From Candidatus Gottesmanbacteria bacterium (GTDB lineage: Bacteria; Patescibacteriota; Microgenomatia; UBA10105; UBA927): DNA of 64,000 bases. Numbering within the stretch: the first letter of the stretch is position 1; every line of letters starts with the position of its first letter. The notes beneath the pieces were generated by a model, which had not been told where the DNA came from, did not search any database, and saw only the letters and a list, made by a program, of their open reading frames with translations. Of the stretch, positions 10,700 to 20,588 are shown piece by piece. The stretch is taken from positions 85,542 to 149,541 of the forward strand of contig CAIJMI010000004.1 in assembly GCA_903821745.1 (NCBI GenBank), in the 5' to 3' direction. A program made the position numbers and the translations under genes.

Positions 10700-11689
10700 T
10701 TACTCAATGGCGGATATGGCATAACGAACATCAATTACCCCGTCTGGCGTCGTTGCTAACCCATCAAAAAGAAAAAAAGGGACGAGCGTTTTTGTCGACG
10801 GAGATTGATAATACACAATAGACACCGCACTGAGGGCAACTGATTGAAACGAGGGTTGATCCCCCCAGAAAACATTACCAGACTTTCTGCCCGAAAAAAC
10901 AAGCACCCCCAAGTTGTTATTTAATCCCCCAAGAGCTTCTTCAACAGAAAGAATAGGCTTGTCGCCCGCGACTATAATATTAGGAGGGGTTGAATAGGAT
11001 AAAGAAACAACACCCCCAAGACTATCGACGATAATGGTTGAGAGAGAGGGTTCAAAGGTTTGGGAAACGAGCGGATAAGTTTTATTGACAACAGCAAAAA
11101 ATGAAAACCCCATTAATGGAAGTTGTGTTGGTTTATCAAGCTGAACACCATCGAATGGACCGGTGTTTTTGTTGTTAAGAACAAGTTGTAGGTTGTTAGG
11201 TAGAAGAAATATCGTTTTTATAGTACTCGCAATTTCCGGTGCCCCCACACCTAATCCTGTTAAAGGAGTTGACTCTTTTGATATAAAAGACCAGTCTTGA
11301 GATAAACCGTCTGTGTAAAAAGAAAGTGATTTAGAAGGAAGAGACCATATTGATTTAGAAGATGAACCAACGGATTTTTTTATTGGAGCGGACGAAAAGC
11401 CAAACGATTTTGCGATCAAAGAAAGCTCGCCGCTTTGATATTCAAAATTTTGAACATGATAAACGGGAAGGGTTGTAGGAAACACGGGGGGCGCGTTAAC
11501 AAAAGAAAAAGCCACGTTTACCGGTGCGTTTTCAACAAGTGTGATTGCTGGTGGGAAAGCTGCTGTTCGTGGAGAGGGGCTTGGTGTTATCTTTGTTGTT
11601 GTGAAGTCCTTTTGTTTCCATGAAATAACAATCCCTATGCCAAGGGCAAAAATTGCAAAAATAATAATTAAGAGACGACGATTTTTCAT
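10700..11689 (-). CDS. Bitopic membrane protein at VirB8/PrgL position of T4SS operon (hypothetical)
   Basis: Start set to MKNRRLLIII (ATGA overlap with upstream gene, GGAGGTGG SD); one N-terminal TM helix then Ser/Thr/Pro-rich extracytoplasmic domain; last gene of the virB4 operon. Confidence 0.35.
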   Translation of the reverse strand: MKNRRLLIIIFAIFALGIGIVISWKQKDFTTTKITPSPSPRTAAFPPAITLVENAPVNVAFSFVNAPPVFPTTLPVYHVQNFEYQSGELSLIAKSFGFSSAPIKKSVGSSSKSIWSLPSKSLSFYTDGLSQDWSFISKESTPLTGLGVGAPEIASTIKTIFLLPNNLQLVLNNKNTGPFDGVQLDKPTQLPLMGFSFFAVVNKTYPLVSQTFEPSLSTIIVDSLGGVVSLSYSTPPNIIVAGDKPILSVEEALGGLNNNLGVLVFSGRKSGNVFWGDQPSFQSVALSAVSIVYYQSPSTKTLVPFFLFDGLATTPDGVIDVRYAISAIE

Positions 11690-13899
11690 GTTCCACCTCC
11701 CACAGTTAAAGACGGACAAGAAGGACAACCAGACGTGCCATTAGAACAAGAGGGAATTGCCGTTGGAAGAATGGAATTAATGCTTCCGGGCCCCCGGTAT
11801 TCAAAGTGAAGATGTGGACCGCTCGAATTTCCTGTATGATCAACCTCACCAATAACTGTTGTTGGAGAGACATAGTCCCCTTTGTGTACAGTAATGGATA
11901 ATCTTGAAAGGTGGCCAAACATAAGAGAATAAGAGCTTCCCTGGATAATTATATAATTTCCATACCCACCGCCGCATGTGTTACCCCAATAACCCGTGTT
12001 GTCGGCGCAACCAGAAAACACCCCCGTGATGGTGCCGTCAATTGTGGCATACACATCTGTTCCGTTTGCGGCTCCAATATCAATGGCGTTTGCCCTTGCG
12101 TGGGATCCACCACAAGAGGTGTGCGGCCCCTGTGTGATTGTACCGCTTGTTGGCCAACGACAATCCTGTTTTGTTGTATCACACGCACTCATTGAACAAA
12201 GGGGATTGTTTGGTTCTGCAACACAATCAACAATAGGACCAGCTCCGAACCCCCCAAGACCCTGAATAAAAGCGTTGTCTTGTACTGTTTGTTGGAAAAC
12301 AGAAGATCCACCAAGGGAAAAAGGTAGTATGGGTATAACAAAAAGTAGTGTAATAACACCAACAACAACCGCAGAAAAAATAAAAATAGGGTCCTTTGTG
12401 ATGGGGCCGCTTTCATAGGAACCAGACATTAGTTTCCCAAGCCAATCAAGGGTAATAAAACCAAAAAGTTTTTTTGCTCCACTGACGATTCCTCCTATAA
12501 TTTTGTCTCCAATTAACGAACCGACCCACGCAATAAAGGGGTTTCCCGTAGCTCCTCCCGCTATAGTTCCAGCAATTTTTCCAACGGCTGTGCCCGCAGC
12601 TTTTTTAGCAACGGCTTTTCCTGCAAGCCTCACTCCTTTGTCGGCGACGTAAGAAAGTCCTTGTTGCGCGGCCAATCCTGCATAATACCCCCCAACGGAA
12701 GACCCCATTTGTGTGTTTCCAAGTTGGGCAAGTTGGAGATATATTTCAGAAACCTCAGGATGAAAGACGGTAACAAAAACATCTACAAAAAACGATTGTG
12801 CTTTGGTAAATACGGCGCTTTTCCCTGATGATTCAAACAAAGTGTTTCCCCTTTGAATAGCCTGTTGAATGGCCGGGGATTGGAGAGCGGGACCAACAAT
12901 GCGTTGAAGCAACCCATTGTTTGAAACCTCTTTGTTCCAAGATGCACCCAGAACGCGCGCCGCAACAGCCTCCTGCGCATCTTTTGGAAACAAAGAAAAA
13001 ACTCTATCTGCAATTGGGGCCAGTGCCTTTTCTATCGCCTCACCCTTTGAACTTATGGTGGTAAAAAAACTAGAATAATCAATGCCACCAGATTCTGTTG
13101 TTTGTAACGCGTCGGCAACCACAGAAAGTCTAACCGCTTTTGTTATCACCGCCTCAATAGGAGCATCTGTTGTGGTAATTTGTTGAACAAAAGCTTGTTT
13201 GAAAAAATGCGGATCCGTTGAGGTAAGGGCATTTTCTACAAAGTCATTGGGTAAATCACGAGGAGTTTCTTCCTGGATTTTTTGCACCCCACGACGTAGT
13301 TGTTCATCCTCAACCATCTTACGGACCACCTCATCTCGTTTTGGCGTAGAATCTGGAATGGATTGTTCAATAATTTGTTCAGGTGATGCAGTTGGACTGG
13401 ATTGTGCTGAGGAAGCAATATTTTCAGCCGTGTGCATAAATGCTTCTCTTGTCCGACCGGTATATGGTTTTACAAGGTTTTCAATAAATTTGCGATTGGA
13501 TGGGGTTGGTTTGTGGTTTATTGCGTCAATAACAGAGGGCCCCTCTTCAATCATTTGGACAAGTTGTTCCCCGCGTTTGATAAATGCTTCATTATTGATT
13601 TCTATCTCTGGGGTTTGTTCTTGAATGGGTGTGGCCACCTGGTCAGGAAGGGTAAGGATTTCATTTTCAAAATTGGCAAATGATTTTTGCAGCGCATCTT
13701 GAAGCGCCATCACATCTTTTTTTTTAATGGCCGTTACAATAGCTGTGCGCTCTCTTTGTATGGTCCCCCGTAGTGGTGGATAGGTTTCTGCTGTAAATAG
13801 AATGGCAAGCAACTCCTCTTCTGATTTATTGGTTATATCAACAGAAGCAAGAAAATTTTTTAATGTTGGCCCAGAATTTTGCGTTGGCATACGTCCCAA
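11686..13899 (-). CDS. T4SS-associated cell-wall hydrolase with C-terminal M23 (LytM) peptidase domain, PrgK/TraG-like
   Basis: C-terminal M23 signature GEVDHTGNSSGPHLHFEY; long N-terminal coiled-coil/Gly-rich region and one internal TM helix; directly downstream of virB4. Confidence 0.6.
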   Translation of the reverse strand: MGRMPTQNSGPTLKNFLASVDITNKSEEELLAILFTAETYPPLRGTIQRERTAIVTAIKKKDVMALQDALQKSFANFENEILTLPDQVATPIQEQTPEIEINNEAFIKRGEQLVQMIEEGPSVIDAINHKPTPSNRKFIENLVKPYTGRTREAFMHTAENIASSAQSSPTASPEQIIEQSIPDSTPKRDEVVRKMVEDEQLRRGVQKIQEETPRDLPNDFVENALTSTDPHFFKQAFVQQITTTDAPIEAVITKAVRLSVVADALQTTESGGIDYSSFFTTISSKGEAIEKALAPIADRVFSLFPKDAQEAVAARVLGASWNKEVSNNGLLQRIVGPALQSPAIQQAIQRGNTLFESSGKSAVFTKAQSFFVDVFVTVFHPEVSEIYLQLAQLGNTQMGSSVGGYYAGLAAQQGLSYVADKGVRLAGKAVAKKAAGTAVGKIAGTIAGGATGNPFIAWVGSLIGDKIIGGIVSGAKKLFGFITLDWLGKLMSGSYESGPITKDPIFIFSAVVVGVITLLFVIPILPFSLGGSSVFQQTVQDNAFIQGLGGFGAGPIVDCVAEPNNPLCSMSACDTTKQDCRWPTSGTITQGPHTSCGGSHARANAIDIGAANGTDVYATIDGTITGVFSGCADNTGYWGNTCGGGYGNYIIIQGSSYSLMFGHLSRLSITVHKGDYVSPTTVIGEVDHTGNSSGPHLHFEYRGPGSINSILPTAIPSCSNGTSGCPSCPSLTVGGGT

Positions 13900-13917
13900 G
13901 TATTATACAATCATTAC

Positions 13918-15789
13918 TTAAGATTGTTGAGGTTCCACAGTTTCAACAGTAAAAACCGGTCGGTTTGTGGGTAGTTGTTGTTTTTGAGGAGTCTGTTGAT
14001 TTTCTTCTGATTGTTTTGTTTCCGTCTCTTGCGGCTTTGTTGTTGCAAGGGCGTGTTCTTCTTTGCTTGCTATGATGCGGATTGCAGCATGTGCCGGCCC
14101 AGCAAACAACAATCCCTCACCAACATCCGAAGAGAGGAGTCGGTGTTTTTCCCCCTCAGAGAGATAAAATATTTCTGCAACCTTGTCGATTGCGGCGGTG
14201 GATTGTTTAAGAAGTATTTGCATGCTGCTGTTTTGGATAATCGTTTTCCCTAGATTCCCAGAAAGAAAATCTTCCACGTCTTGGGTAATAGTGGTAAGTC
14301 CGAGATAATATTTACGACTCCGTTTTGCAATAGAATTTAAAAATTGTGCAGAATCAGGATATTTCATGAGGTACCACGCCTCATCAACAACCAAGATTCT
14401 TCGCTTGATGGCTTTTCGAATTTTTGTCCAGATGAAATCAAGGATTAAATACATAGCAATTGGCCGAAGCTCATCTTCAAGATCGCGGATGGAAAAAACC
14501 GTAAGGGGATTGGTGATTTCCATATTGGATTGTTCATCAAAAATACCAACCAAACTTCCTTTAACAAATTTTTCAATCCGGTCTGCTAGCCCACGAGCAA
14601 TTGGGTCTTCCATTCCAGTGAGAGTCTTAAACAGGTCTTCCATTAGCGGCGGTTCATTGTTTTGTGTTGCAGGATCTGGAGTGATGCCCTTTTGTTTGTA
14701 AGTTAATACAAGTGCGCGATCAAGGATAGCATCCTCAGTGGATGTGAGTTTTCCCATGACGACTCGAAAAAATCCATGTAGTGATAATATTTTTTGATTT
14801 AAATCATTTTCTTCAGGACCCGCGTCTTTGAGAACAGAAAGATCAAAGGGATTAATTTTGGTTCTTCCACCAAATTCAAAACGGATATATTCTCCACCGA
14901 GGGTTTTGGTCAGCGCCTCATATTCGTTTTCAGGATCAATGATAATAACTTCAGTACCAAACATCATGCTTCGGATCACTTCGAGTTTGACCATGTAAGA
15001 TTTTCCAGAACCAGATTTTCCAAACACAACAGTATTTGCGTTTTCAAGTGTAAACCGATCAAAAATTACCAAACTTTCATTTCCCTCGTTAATGCCATAG
15101 AGAATTCCTTCGTTAGCGGTCAATTCTGACGTGGTAAACGGAAATGTTGTTGCAAGAGATGTTGTATCCATGTTTCTTGTGATCATGAGCCGATCTTGTC
15201 CCATAGGAAGCGTTGTTTTAAACCCTTCCTCCATCTGTAAAATTGCCTTTTTGGTCACAATCATGAGAGATGCAAGCGTTGCCTCGACCTGTTTTGTTGT
15301 TTTATCAAGTTCCTCTTTGGTTTTGGAAGGAATCGTGATATATAAACCAAACTGGAAAAAACGTTGTGCACCCTTTGCTAGTTCCTGTTGCAGAGAAAGT
15401 GCGTCTTCAAGTGCTACTTGAATGGATGGTTCAATGACACGGCCACGCTTTAGGTCAGATTGAATGGTTGCCTCCATTTCCCCGACTTTCCGTTTTAAAT
15501 TTTCCAAAATCTCTTCAGATTTGGAGGGATATACATACATCGAAACATCAAGGGTGTGATTAAAGGAAATCAGTGGTTCGAGCCAGTTTGCACTGACGTA
15601 GCGCGGATAGCCTGCCACAAACAGCGTGCGAACCAACTGATCACCAATGGTAAGAAAATCAAAATCAACCTCAATTGCTGGAGGTGCAATAATATCCTTG
15701 ACGGTTAATGGTCCTGTTGGTGCATGCCCCTTGAGGGGGTTTGGCGGCTGCATGGTGACAAATGTTTTGATGACGTTTTTTATATCCAT
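13918..15789 (-). CDS. virB4: Type IV secretion ATPase VirB4/TraE/PrgJ family
   Basis: Walker A VVFGKSGSGKSY, Walker B ILVVDEAWYLM, and overall VirB4/CagE C-terminal domain pattern. Confidence 0.85.
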   Translation of the reverse strand: MDIKNVIKTFVTMQPPNPLKGHAPTGPLTVKDIIAPPAIEVDFDFLTIGDQLVRTLFVAGYPRYVSANWLEPLISFNHTLDVSMYVYPSKSEEILENLKRKVGEMEATIQSDLKRGRVIEPSIQVALEDALSLQQELAKGAQRFFQFGLYITIPSKTKEELDKTTKQVEATLASLMIVTKKAILQMEEGFKTTLPMGQDRLMITRNMDTTSLATTFPFTTSELTANEGILYGINEGNESLVIFDRFTLENANTVVFGKSGSGKSYMVKLEVIRSMMFGTEVIIIDPENEYEALTKTLGGEYIRFEFGGRTKINPFDLSVLKDAGPEENDLNQKILSLHGFFRVVMGKLTSTEDAILDRALVLTYKQKGITPDPATQNNEPPLMEDLFKTLTGMEDPIARGLADRIEKFVKGSLVGIFDEQSNMEITNPLTVFSIRDLEDELRPIAMYLILDFIWTKIRKAIKRRILVVDEAWYLMKYPDSAQFLNSIAKRSRKYYLGLTTITQDVEDFLSGNLGKTIIQNSSMQILLKQSTAAIDKVAEIFYLSEGEKHRLLSSDVGEGLLFAGPAHAAIRIIASKEEHALATTKPQETETKQSEENQQTPQKQQLPTNRPVFTVETVEPQQS

Positions 15790-15792
15790 AGA

Positions 15793-16443
15793 TTATGTTG
15801 TTACTTTTGTTTGTAAGGATTGTGGCATAGCTACTCCTGGATTGTATAAAGAAAAAAAGAGTTGTATGAGTTGATCGTCTGTGAGTTGTTGCGCTTTAAG
15901 GCCAAGTTTTGAAAGAAGCCGTAATAAATGATCTCGCTTTGGTGTAAGCGCAATAAGTGCACGCTCCATAATGACGGATTTTGGATACGGCAAACCGCTT
16001 TTTTTGGTTGAAAACAGCACACCTGGAGAAACACCAAGCTCAAGATTGGAAAAGGGAATCACGATATAAAATTTTTTATCCAACACCTCTTTTTCTTTAA
16101 CTGTTGATTCAATAAAGGCTCGATACCCATGAATACTGGTCGCAAGCTTTGGATTGGTTTGTGCTTTTTCCTGCTCTTCTAAAAGATGAAGATATGCACT
16201 AATATCTTTGTGTTTTGAACGGACGATAATTTGAATGGGAAACGAGAGGGAATTTAAGATTCCTGCATATGCATAAATCATTGCCTCCTGTTCGTTTCCG
16301 GACAATAAACTGAAATTAACTGCAGCAACACTGATAATGAATGCGCAGGATCCATTGCCGAAAAGAACAAGGTTTTGACTGACGTCTTCAATCTCAGTAA
16401 ATTGTTGTGTTGAAGCTCGTATTGGAACAATAGGATCTGCCAT
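15793..16443 (-). CDS. Hypothetical protein (T4SS operon member)
   Basis: 216 aa ORF tightly packed between VirB3-like and VirB4 genes; no recognisable motif. Confidence 0.35.
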   Translation of the reverse strand: MADPIVPIRASTQQFTEIEDVSQNLVLFGNGSCAFIISVAAVNFSLLSGNEQEAMIYAYAGILNSLSFPIQIIVRSKHKDISAYLHLLEEQEKAQTNPKLATSIHGYRAFIESTVKEKEVLDKKFYIVIPFSNLELGVSPGVLFSTKKSGLPYPKSVIMERALIALTPKRDHLLRLLSKLGLKAQQLTDDQLIQLFFSLYNPGVAMPQSLQTKVTT

Positions 16444-16446
16444 ATG

Positions 16447-17700
16447 TTATGTGTTTGTTGTTTGTCCAAAAATTTGTTTTGCAAGCGTTTCTCGGTCAAT
16501 ATCCCGTTTGCTTTTTGCGCCAATTTCAATCGCAGGAACCACGGTTCCATTCAGTGTAACCTGTGCGCGGTCAAAGATATAGCGACCGCGGGGATCTTCA
16601 ACTTCAACAAAATACACCCCGTTGGGGAGTTGCGTTGATGCGGCAAACTGGCCAATTTTATTTGTTTTAAGTGCACGAAGGGGAATGCCCTCTTTGTCTC
16701 GTACCGTCACAAGAACGCCAGGAAGAAGTCCTCCTTGATTGTCCTTGATAATGCCGGTGACGACGTTTGCAAATGTGGTGAGCCTTGGTAACCCTGCACG
16801 AGCTGCTGCATCAGGCATAATAATTTTTACCGTTGGCCCCTGGGACTTTGGCGTGGTAGTAACGCTCGAAGGTTGCGATGGTTTGAGATGTGCCATTGGT
16901 TCGTTGGATTGTTTTTTCATAGTAACAAGCTGATGTTCCATTTCCTGTTTTTGTTTCATCATTTCCGTCATTTCTTGTTGTAGTTCAAGGACACGAGTTT
17001 CCGCTTGGGCCTTTTCGGTTAGTTCTGATTGTAACGATGCAATCTTATTTTGTAAGGCATCAAGTTCTGGATTTTTTTCTGGTTTCGGTTGTTGTACCAC
17101 TGCTGGTTGCGGTTGGGGAACCACAACGGGCTGAGGAGGTGCGGCGGGTTGTGGATTGGTGGACAAGATGGTGTGTGTTGGTTGTGGAAATAGTTTGTCA
17201 ACCCAAGAAAACAGTGAATCAAACAGCGATTTTTTTTGAACCGCGGGAGTTTGGGTATACAGGCCCTGAAGAGCTGCTGCAATCGGTGTAGCCGGTGACG
17301 TAGTGGGTGATGGCGTATTGACCGGTGTGGGCACGTTTGGTCGTTGAAGGGTGGGTGACGACTGTTTTTGTGCTACAGCAGGAGGCGGTGTTGTTTGCGG
17401 TTCTGGTTTTGGTTGAGTTCTGTGCCACACAAACTGCGTTGGAGTATAGACACTTTTTAAAAACGATAACACCCACACATCCATCGGCCGTTCCTCAATG
17501 GGAACAAATGCAAATCCAATACCAAGTAGCGCAAACAAAACCGTAAGTGGCCAGGTAAAAAAGAACGGCAAAGGAAGAATATACGAAAGGTACGCTAAAA
17601 TTGCTCCGCCCGCGAGGTACCCAAACTGTTTAATCGTCATATCGCCGATTAAACGGAATTGAAACGTTGTGACATTTTGCGGGACAGGATGTTGTTCCAT
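16447..17700 (-). CDS. VirB3/PrgI-like membrane protein with Pro/Gln-rich linker, coiled coil and C-terminal beta-sandwich (carboxypeptidase-regulatory-like) domain
   Basis: N-terminal two-TM region (LAGGAILAYLSYILPLPFFFTWPLTVLFALLGIGFAF) immediately upstream of virB4 as VirB3/PrgI is in Gram-positive T4SS; low-complexity PTPV/PQP linker; C-terminal GVLVTVRD...GVYFVEVE motif. Confidence 0.4.
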   Translation of the reverse strand: MEQHPVPQNVTTFQFRLIGDMTIKQFGYLAGGAILAYLSYILPLPFFFTWPLTVLFALLGIGFAFVPIEERPMDVWVLSFLKSVYTPTQFVWHRTQPKPEPQTTPPPAVAQKQSSPTLQRPNVPTPVNTPSPTTSPATPIAAALQGLYTQTPAVQKKSLFDSLFSWVDKLFPQPTHTILSTNPQPAAPPQPVVVPQPQPAVVQQPKPEKNPELDALQNKIASLQSELTEKAQAETRVLELQQEMTEMMKQKQEMEHQLVTMKKQSNEPMAHLKPSQPSSVTTTPKSQGPTVKIIMPDAAARAGLPRLTTFANVVTGIIKDNQGGLLPGVLVTVRDKEGIPLRALKTNKIGQFAASTQLPNGVYFVEVEDPRGRYIFDRAQVTLNGTVVPAIEIGAKSKRDIDRETLAKQIFGQTTNT

Positions 17701-17830
17701 AAGGACCTAAAATCTATTGTAAAGAAGAACAGATATTCTCGCAAGAGGAAAAGCGCGTTAGAACCGTGAAAACTTTAATTTTCATTTCACGAAAGAAGTG
17801 AAAAAGTTTTTCTTGTGATATGATTACCTC

Positions 17831-20011
17831 ATGAGTGAAGATTCTGTTGTTGTTGAAATAAAAAATACTAGAGACAGCGAAGAAACGCCCCTTGTCATGG
17901 AGCAGGTTTTTGCCGCTATAGGAAGTGGAAGACCACAAGGGTTTATATCACAATTGTTACATGGTGCATCAAAAGGGACATGGGTGAGTTTTGAAATTGT
18001 TGCGTTCGATAGTACAATTCATTTTTATCTCGTCACCGCACGTTCAACACTTGCATATATTGAAAGCCAATTAACCGCACAATATCCAAAACTTGCCGTG
18101 TCTGAAACGAAAGATGTGTTGCCACAAATCATGGGGACAATACACGTGACGACACAATTGGTATTAGCAAGCCCGTTTTATTATCCGCTTAAAACATATA
18201 AAGACGTTCGGGATATCGATTTACTTTCGAGCACGTTGGGGTGTTTAGCTAAACTAAAAAAAGATCAATCTGCAGTAGTCCAAATTCGAATTGTTCCTGC
18301 AGGATCTTCTTGGCAACGCCACGCTTCAAGTGTCGTTGCACACGGTATTCCAGACTCATCATTTCCGGGAAGAACAAAAAATCATCCGCAAGCCCGGCTT
18401 ATCGAAACAAAAACGAATCAAATTGGCTTTCAAACCGCAATAAGAATAGTTGCAACAGGAGAAAATCAGGAAGCTGCACAAACAACCCTTTCCACCATTG
18501 CTGGAACATTTGGGGTGTTTGGCCTTGGGGAAGGAAACGCGCTGGTTCCCAATAAACCGACTTTTTGGCAACAAAAAAAATTAGAAGCAGCAATTCTTGA
18601 ACGCTCGGGAGCGCTGGCACCAAAATTTCATGTACTTGGGTCTTCGGAACTTGCTTCACTGTGGCACCCACCAGGACTTTTGCTTTCAGCAATTCGAAAT
18701 ATCTCCTGGGGAGCAAAATTAACAGGCGAGGCGCCGGAGAATTTGCCAATTGCAACGGAAGATGAAGAAGAGAAAAAACGAATTAATTTTTTTGCGCGGA
18801 CCGAATTTAAAAATAAACTAACAACATTTGGAATTAAAAGCGATGATCGGAGAAAACACCTGTATGTTGTTGGAAAAACAGGCACCGGAAAATCAACCAT
18901 GATTGCAACCATGGCAATTAACGACATGCGAAACCATGAGGGTATGGCCGTTATTGATCCTCATGGAGATTTAACAGATGCGCTGTTGGATTTTGTTCCG
19001 TCTTTTAGGTTGAATGACGTTGCGTATCTTGATCCTGCAGATTTTGAACACCCGTTTCATCTGAACCCACTAGAACTCAAAAATCCTGCACATCGAGAGC
19101 TAGTTGCATCAGGAATTGTGTCTATTTTTTACAAGCTGTATCACTATTCTTGGGGACCGAGACTCGAATATATTCTCAGAAATTGTATTTTGACACTGTT
19201 ATACGTTCCAAACTCAACACTCTTGGAGATTCCAGAAATTCTTACTAATGACAGATATCGAGAAAAGATTGTCATGGGCCTTCCAGATCACGTGTTAAAG
19301 AATTTTTGGATCAATGAATATAACAAATTGACGCCACAGATGAGAAGTGAGTCAATCATGCCAATTTTAAATAAGGTGGGTCAATTTTTATCATCTCAAA
19401 CAATCAGAAATATTGTGGGAAATCCAAAATCAACCATAGATCTTGAAGAAATGATGAACAAAGGAAAAATTATTTTAGTGAATTTATCACAGGGAAAATT
19501 AGGGGAAGACAACAGCGCACTATTGGGCGCCATGATTATTACAAAAATTCAACTTGCCGCAATGAACCGCGTCTATGAGCAAGAACAGACTAGAAAAGAC
19601 TTCTATCTCTATGTTGACGAGTTTCAAAATTTTGCAACAAGTTCATTCATTAAAATTCTTTCTGAAGCCAGGAAGTATCGGCTCAACTTGACGCTTGCCA
19701 ATCAATATATCGGACAAATCGATGAAGATGTCCAGAATGCTATCTTTGGAAACGCTGGATCCATTGTGTCGTTTTGTGTTGGCGCAACGGACGCACGGCC
19801 ACTAGCTCGGGAATTTGGACTCAAATACAAGGAAGAAGAATTAGTACAACTTGGCAACTATCAAATCGTATTAAAGCTTTCCATTGATAACCATACATCA
19901 AGTCCATTCTCAGCTACCACCTTGCCGCTTCCCAGGTCTCATAACCAAAGTAGGGAAAAGGTGATTCGGTCAAGCCGTGAACGGTATACCAAAACAATTG
20001 AGAAGTCATAA
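17831..20011 (+). CDS. T4SS coupling-protein-like ATPase (VirD4/TraG/TraD family, FtsK/HerA superfamily)
   Basis: Walker A VVGKTGTGKST, VIDPHGDL motif, Walker B LYVDEFQNF; no N-terminal TM helices, so could alternatively be a cytoplasmic DUF87/HerA-like ATPase. Confidence 0.5.
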   Translation: MSEDSVVVEIKNTRDSEETPLVMEQVFAAIGSGRPQGFISQLLHGASKGTWVSFEIVAFDSTIHFYLVTARSTLAYIESQLTAQYPKLAVSETKDVLPQIMGTIHVTTQLVLASPFYYPLKTYKDVRDIDLLSSTLGCLAKLKKDQSAVVQIRIVPAGSSWQRHASSVVAHGIPDSSFPGRTKNHPQARLIETKTNQIGFQTAIRIVATGENQEAAQTTLSTIAGTFGVFGLGEGNALVPNKPTFWQQKKLEAAILERSGALAPKFHVLGSSELASLWHPPGLLLSAIRNISWGAKLTGEAPENLPIATEDEEEKKRINFFARTEFKNKLTTFGIKSDDRRKHLYVVGKTGTGKSTMIATMAINDMRNHEGMAVIDPHGDLTDALLDFVPSFRLNDVAYLDPADFEHPFHLNPLELKNPAHRELVASGIVSIFYKLYHYSWGPRLEYILRNCILTLLYVPNSTLLEIPEILTNDRYREKIVMGLPDHVLKNFWINEYNKLTPQMRSESIMPILNKVGQFLSSQTIRNIVGNPKSTIDLEEMMNKGKIILVNLSQGKLGEDNSALLGAMIITKIQLAAMNRVYEQEQTRKDFYLYVDEFQNFATSSFIKILSEARKYRLNLTLANQYIGQIDEDVQNAIFGNAGSIVSFCVGATDARPLAREFGLKYKEEELVQLGNYQIVLKLSIDNHTSSPFSATTLPLPRSHNQSREKVIRSSRERYTKTIEKS

Positions 20012-20033
20012 GTAATCCTCTATACTTAGCCAC

Positions 20034-20588
20034 ATGAAGATCGGACTTTTCGGAGGAAAGTTTAATCCACCCCACATTGGGCATATTTTTATTGCCGAGC
20101 AGTGTTTGGACTTTGGCGGATTTGATGAAGTGTGGTTTATGCCAAACTATGGACAGAGCTTCCATGAGCCGGTGGCGCCGGTTGCAGATCGGCTTGCAAT
20201 GACAAAATGTATGTCTCTATCCCGGACAAAAATTTCAACTATTGAAATAGACAACAAACTGGATGGACAAACCATTCATTTATTACCATTTTTGCCAAAA
20301 GAACATGAATATACATTTATTATTGGATCCGATCAGTTGGCAACATTTCATCTATGGGGAAGTTACAAGGAATTATTGCGCCAGCTTCCCTTTATGGTTT
20401 TTCCTCGGTATGGATATCCGAATGAACCAATGTATGAACATATGCGCGTTCTTTCCCATCCTTCATTAATTGCTGCTAATTTGTCCTCAACAAAAATTCG
20501 GGACCGGGTAAAATTAGGACTTTCTATTGAGAATTTTGTTCCAAAAGGGGTAGCCACATACATTAAGGATCATAAGTTATATCTATGA
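20034..20588 (+). CDS. nadD: Nicotinate-nucleotide adenylyltransferase
   Basis: N-terminal GGKFNPPHIGH (H/T)xGH nucleotidyltransferase motif. Confidence 0.85.
   Translation: MKIGLFGGKFNPPHIGHIFIAEQCLDFGGFDEVWFMPNYGQSFHEPVAPVADRLAMTKCMSLSRTKISTIEIDNKLDGQTIHLLPFLPKEHEYTFIIGSDQLATFHLWGSYKELLRQLPFMVFPRYGYPNEPMYEHMRVLSHPSLIAANLSSTKIRDRVKLGLSIENFVPKGVATYIKDHKLYL

Noticed and set aside
11911-12416. Several 60-120 aa ORFs antisense to or overlapping large genes (e.g. 11911..12195, 11949..12188, 12189..12416, 18399..18755, 57140..57644, 60345..60765)
   Set aside because: Shadow ORFs inside strongly supported conserved genes (M23 hydrolase, VirD4-like, guaB, purB); low-complexity translations, no independent signals.
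17831-20011. Second VirB4 copy
   Set aside because: The VIDPHGDL motif and absence of the VirB4-specific N-terminal domain fit a VirD4/TraG-like or HerA/FtsK-like ATPase better; true VirB4 is 13918-15789.
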